A program made the position numbers and the translations under genes. From Planctomycetota bacterium (GTDB lineage: Bacteria; Planctomycetota; B15-G4; SIAN01): 64,000 nt of DNA. The stretch covers positions 134,765-198,764 of the forward strand of contig JANNXA010000009.1 of assembly GCA_031409275.1 (NCBI GenBank), in the 5' to 3' direction. Under the pieces are notes generated by a model that searched no databases, was not told the origin of the DNA, and worked only from the letters and a program-made list of their open reading frames with translations. Positions 57,896 to 64,000 of this stretch are shown in pieces. Each line of letters begins with the position of its first letter. The first letter of the stretch is position 1.

Positions 57896-60562
57896 ATGCG
57901 CGAGCTCTACGAACGCCTCGTTCGCGACCACCATGCCGCCGTCTGGAACAGCGCGTGGCGCATCGTGCGCAACGCGGCCGACGCGCATGACATCACGCAG
58001 GAGGTCTTCCTGCAGGTGTTGCGGCGCGGCGACGACTTCGCAAACCACGCGGCGCCCGAACGAGTCCTGCGCTGGCTCGCCGCGAAGAGCGCGCTGGCCC
58101 ATCTGCGCGCCGACCGCAATCGGCAGCGCCGCGAGGAGCACGCCGCGATGAATCGTCCCGAACGCGAAGCCGCCGAAAGTCCGGAGCAGCGCGAGCTTGC
58201 GGCAGCGGTGCGCCGCTGTGTCGCCGAGCTTCCCGAAGAGATGCGCCTCGCGACCGTGCTGCGCTTCCAGGAGGGGTTCACCTTCGCGCAGCTCGGCGAG
58301 TGCCTCGGCCTCGCGGAGCCGACGGCATTCGAGCGGGTGAAGAAGGCGGTCGCGCAACTGCGCGCGCGCCTCGCGGAGCTCGGCCACGCCGCCGTCGCCC
58401 TCGAACTCGAAACGTGGCTGGCGCGCGAAGAGAGCGTCGCGGTGCCGGTCGGGCTCACCGCAAGCCTCCTGGCGCTGCCGGCGAGCGGGGTGTTGGCAGG
58501 AAGTGCCGCAGCCGGCGCAAGCGTCCTCTTCGGCAAGCCGCTGGCGATCGCTGCCGCGGCGCTGATCGCACTGCTTGGCGGTGTCACGTGGCTCGTACAG
58601 CGCGCGCGCGCACCGGCGGAACCGAGCCGCCCCCACGCCGCCGCCGCTTCGAATGAAGGGCGCGCCGCCCGCGACGCGAGCGCTGCCGAACCGCTCGCGG
58701 CAACCCCGCGCCGCACCGCACTCGATTCCACCGAGAGCGCGGTTGGCCCGAGATCGGCGCTCAGCGGCTTCACGCGCGGCGACTTCCTGCGCGGCACGTT
58801 CGGCACGCCCGCCAGCGCTGGCTCCGCCGAGCTCCTGCAGCCCGTCGCGACCGGCGAACTCCGCGGCTTGGTCGTCGACGAGACGGGACGCGCCGTCGGC
58901 GGCGCCCATGTCATCGCCTCCTCGAGCGAATCGACGCACAAGGGCGAGGAGTGGAGCGCCGGCGCCGATTGCGACGAGCGCGGCACCTTCCGCCTGCGCG
59001 TGGCGGTGGTCGACCCGGCCGCCGGCCAGGGCTACTCGCTGACCATCGCTCATCCCGACGTCCTGCCGCATCGCAGCGAAGCGGTGCGCGTCGCAGCCGA
59101 CGCCGTCACCGACGCCGGCACGCTCACCACGCGGCGGGTCCAGAGCGATCGAGCCGGCGACTACGCTCTGGCGGTCCACGTCCTCGACAGCGACGGCCAT
59201 CCGGTCGAGGGCGCATGGATCCGCCTCTATCGGCAGTTGCTGGCGACCGGCGAATCCGCGCCCACCGACGACCGCGAAGCGGCGGCGCGCTTCGAGTTGC
59301 AGGAGGCGTGGGAAGGCGGCGTGCAGACCGACGCCACCGGCACCGCGCGACTCACCGGAACGCGCATCGGCGCCAAGTGGATGGTGGTGGCCGCGCGTCA
59401 CCTCGGGTTGCCGTCGCTGCGCCGCGCCTACGAAGTGCGCTTCACTGGCTTCCAGGAGCTCGATGTCTCACTGCCGCCCGCGCTCTCGATCACCGGGCGA
59501 CTCCGTTTCCCGTCGGGAAGCGACGTCGAGCTCGAAGCCGTGGGCCGAGTCGTGAAGGTCAACCCGCGCGACGAGGCGGTCGCCCAGTTCTTGCTCGACG
59601 CGGGCGGCGCAGCGCGCACGAAGGTCGGCGGCTGCACCGTCTCCGCCATCAGCACCACCGACGACGAACCCTGTTTCGCGACGATCGAGCCCGACGGCCG
59701 CTTCACGCTGGCGGGACTGCCGGCCGGCCACTACCGCATCAACTACCAGGGGCGCCTCGCTCCCGCGGCGCTCTTCGAGGTGGCCGCCGGATCGCGCGAC
59801 GTCGAACTCGAGTTGAAGGCGAATGACGACCTCGAAGCGCACGGCCACCACCTCGCCGAGATCCACGCGCGCGTCGTCGATTCGCAGACCGGCCTGCCGA
59901 TCGCCTGCGAGTGGGACTGCATCGCTGCGCCGACGCAAAAGCTCGCGGTGCTGCGGCGCGACCACTTCGCGGCGTGGCTCGCACCCATGGGTCCGGTGCA
60001 GACGATGGTCGAGGTCGAGTACACGCTCGACGAACAGAATGGCGAGGCGCTCGCCACCCGCGTCGATCCGCAGCAGCGCGACGACACGCTCGGCGTGATC
60101 CACGCCACCGGACTGGAAGCCGGCATCTGGATCGTGCGCGTGCGTGCGGGAGGCTATGCCACCACGCTGTCCGATCCGCTGCTGCTTGCGCAACGCACGT
60201 TGGTGCGCGACGTGCTCCTCCGCATGGAGCGAGCAGCGTCGGTGAGCGGACGTGTCGTCGCCGCCAACGGCACCCCGCGCGCCGGCGCGATCGTGGTCGC
60301 GCTGCCTCCGACTGCCGATCTCGGGCCGACGCTGGCCGACCTCTCCCGCCAATGGAGCAGCGACGGCCGTGGCTACCTCTGGGGCGTCCCTTTCGCGCGG
60401 TGCGACCTCGAAGGCCGCTTCACACTTGCCGAGCTCTCCCCCGGGTTCGACTACGTCCTGGCGATCCTGCCCGTCGGCGGCCCCGCCGCGCAACGAGCGC
60501 CGTTGCAGCTGGCGGCTGGCGAGGCGCACGAGCTCGGCGACTGGAGCAGCGACGCGGAGTGA
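57896..60562 (+). CDS. ECF sigma factor fused to a TM helix and carboxypeptidase-regulatory-like repeats
   Basis: DAHDITQEVFL sigma2; LPEEMRLATVLRFQEG sigma4; TM LAIAAAALIALLGGVTWLV; GLVVDETGRAV/GRVVAANGTP repeats; GGAGG RBS. Confidence 0.85.
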   Translation: MRELYERLVRDHHAAVWNSAWRIVRNAADAHDITQEVFLQVLRRGDDFANHAAPERVLRWLAAKSALAHLRADRNRQRREEHAAMNRPEREAAESPEQRELAAAVRRCVAELPEEMRLATVLRFQEGFTFAQLGECLGLAEPTAFERVKKAVAQLRARLAELGHAAVALELETWLAREESVAVPVGLTASLLALPASGVLAGSAAAGASVLFGKPLAIAAAALIALLGGVTWLVQRARAPAEPSRPHAAAASNEGRAARDASAAEPLAATPRRTALDSTESAVGPRSALSGFTRGDFLRGTFGTPASAGSAELLQPVATGELRGLVVDETGRAVGGAHVIASSSESTHKGEEWSAGADCDERGTFRLRVAVVDPAAGQGYSLTIAHPDVLPHRSEAVRVAADAVTDAGTLTTRRVQSDRAGDYALAVHVLDSDGHPVEGAWIRLYRQLLATGESAPTDDREAAARFELQEAWEGGVQTDATGTARLTGTRIGAKWMVVAARHLGLPSLRRAYEVRFTGFQELDVSLPPALSITGRLRFPSGSDVELEAVGRVVKVNPRDEAVAQFLLDAGGAARTKVGGCTVSAISTTDDEPCFATIEPDGRFTLAGLPAGHYRINYQGRLAPAALFEVAAGSRDVELELKANDDLEAHGHHLAEIHARVVDSQTGLPIACEWDCIAAPTQKLAVLRRDHFAAWLAPMGPVQTMVEVEYTLDEQNGEALATRVDPQQRDDTLGVIHATGLEAGIWIVRVRAGGYATTLSDPLLLAQRTLVRDVLLRMERAASVSGRVVAANGTPRAGAIVVALPPTADLGPTLADLSRQWSSDGRGYLWGVPFARCDLEGRFTLAELSPGFDYVLAILPVGGPAAQRAPLQLAAGEAHELGDWSSDAE

Positions 60563-60637
60563 CCGATCGCCCCGGGCGCCGGTGACTCGCCGGCTCCACT
60601 CACGCTCCAGGGATGTGCCCGCCCCTGGAGTGCCCCC

Positions 60638-63364
<2,727 letters not shown>

Positions 63365-63479
63365 GCGCCACCGAGGTCGCCTCTTGCGTCGAGCCGCGCA
63401 GCCGCCGATCAGGCGAAGTGCAGTCGGCCGAGCGCAAATGCCACGACCGCAAACACGCCGGCGGCGGCGAACGACAGAC

Positions 63480-63861
63480 CGAGCAAGGCCAGCAGGTTGC
63501 GAAGGTCGGACCGCCCTTCGGCTTGACCACCACCGCGACGACTCCGCCACGCTCCTCTTCGAGCGACTCCTCGGCGCCAGGAGAATCGCCGTCAGGCCTC
63601 CAACTCGGCGTCACGACGTACTTGCGACAGTGGTCGCTGACGAGTTCCTTCGTGGCGCCCGGCGGAAGGTCCTCGGCGTAACCGAGGAACCCGGCGCCGT
63701 AGCCGACGACCTTCCAGTCCGCATGACGCCCGTCGGCCCGGGCCCAACGTTCGCGACGGCATCCGAAGATCGACGACCACTGCAGCCGGATGTGCACGAC
63801 CTTCCCGTCGAACGGCTTGAGCTTCAGCAGCTCCTCCACCGTGCACCCCCCGATATTGGCG
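63480..63861 (-). pseudogene. Probable gene fragment truncated at its 5' side by an IS insertion
   Basis: Coding-like frame (LLKLKPFDGKVVHIRLQW...) starts directly at the IS end; 3' boundary approximate. Confidence 0.35.
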
Positions 63862-64000
63862 CTGATCCTGCCCCACAAGTCCCCCCGCTGGACACTGCGC
63901 CCTACGCCGAGGAGAGGAAGAGCCGGTAGGCCGTCGTGATGTCGGTCAGGCGTTCGAGGCCCTTCCACACCGTCTCGGCGCCGGGGTTCTTGTAGCCCAG
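63862..64000 (-). mobile_element. End of an IS4-family (IS50/Tn5-like) insertion sequence, partial
   Basis: 19-bp end CTGATCCTGCCCCACAAGT (63862-63880) resembles the IS50 outside end CTGACTCTTATACACAAGT; transposase C-terminus lies just inside. Confidence 0.75.
63902..64000 (-). CDS. IS4-family transposase, C-terminal fragment (runs off the window)
   Basis: LGYKNPGAETVWKGLERLTDITTAYRLFLSSA* resembles the Tn5-type dimerisation-region motif PGxxTxWxGLxRL. Confidence 0.75.
   Translation of the reverse strand: MGYKNPGAETVWKGLERLTDITTAYRLFLSSA

Overview
High-GC bacterial chromosome segment, most likely Planctomycetota: it carries a DUF1549/DUF1553 cytochrome + DUF1501 pair, an ECF sigma factor fused to a membrane anchor, and a Ser/Thr kinase-FGE fusion. 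About 42 credible genes are present, including housekeeping genes (glnA, rarA, hrpB, tdh-kbl, RlmN- and RlmI-like methyltransferases, homoserine dehydrogenase, acyl-CoA ligase) and many secreted or envelope proteins. No rRNA, tRNA or CRISPR array was seen. Signals the ORF track does not show: (1) a secreted thioredoxin-fold selenoprotein split at an in-frame UGA (U-G-P-C) with a SECIS-like hairpin; (2) a tandem array of four FG-GAP propeller paralogs (one decayed), each preceded by the same ECF-type promoter-like motif and sharing a C-terminal domain that is ~96% identical at DNA level in two copies; (3) a 579-aa 'hypothetical' with glutamine-synthetase-fold amidoligase motifs facing a zincin peptidase across a 163-bp MITE; (4) an ECF sigma / anti-sigma / 'mini-secretin' operon; (5) a structured, repeat-bearing intergenic RNA candidate; (6) an IS50/Tn5-like IS end at the right edge. 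Family assignments come from motif recognition by eye, not database searches. Most long overlapping ORFs in the track are GC-rich shadow frames.
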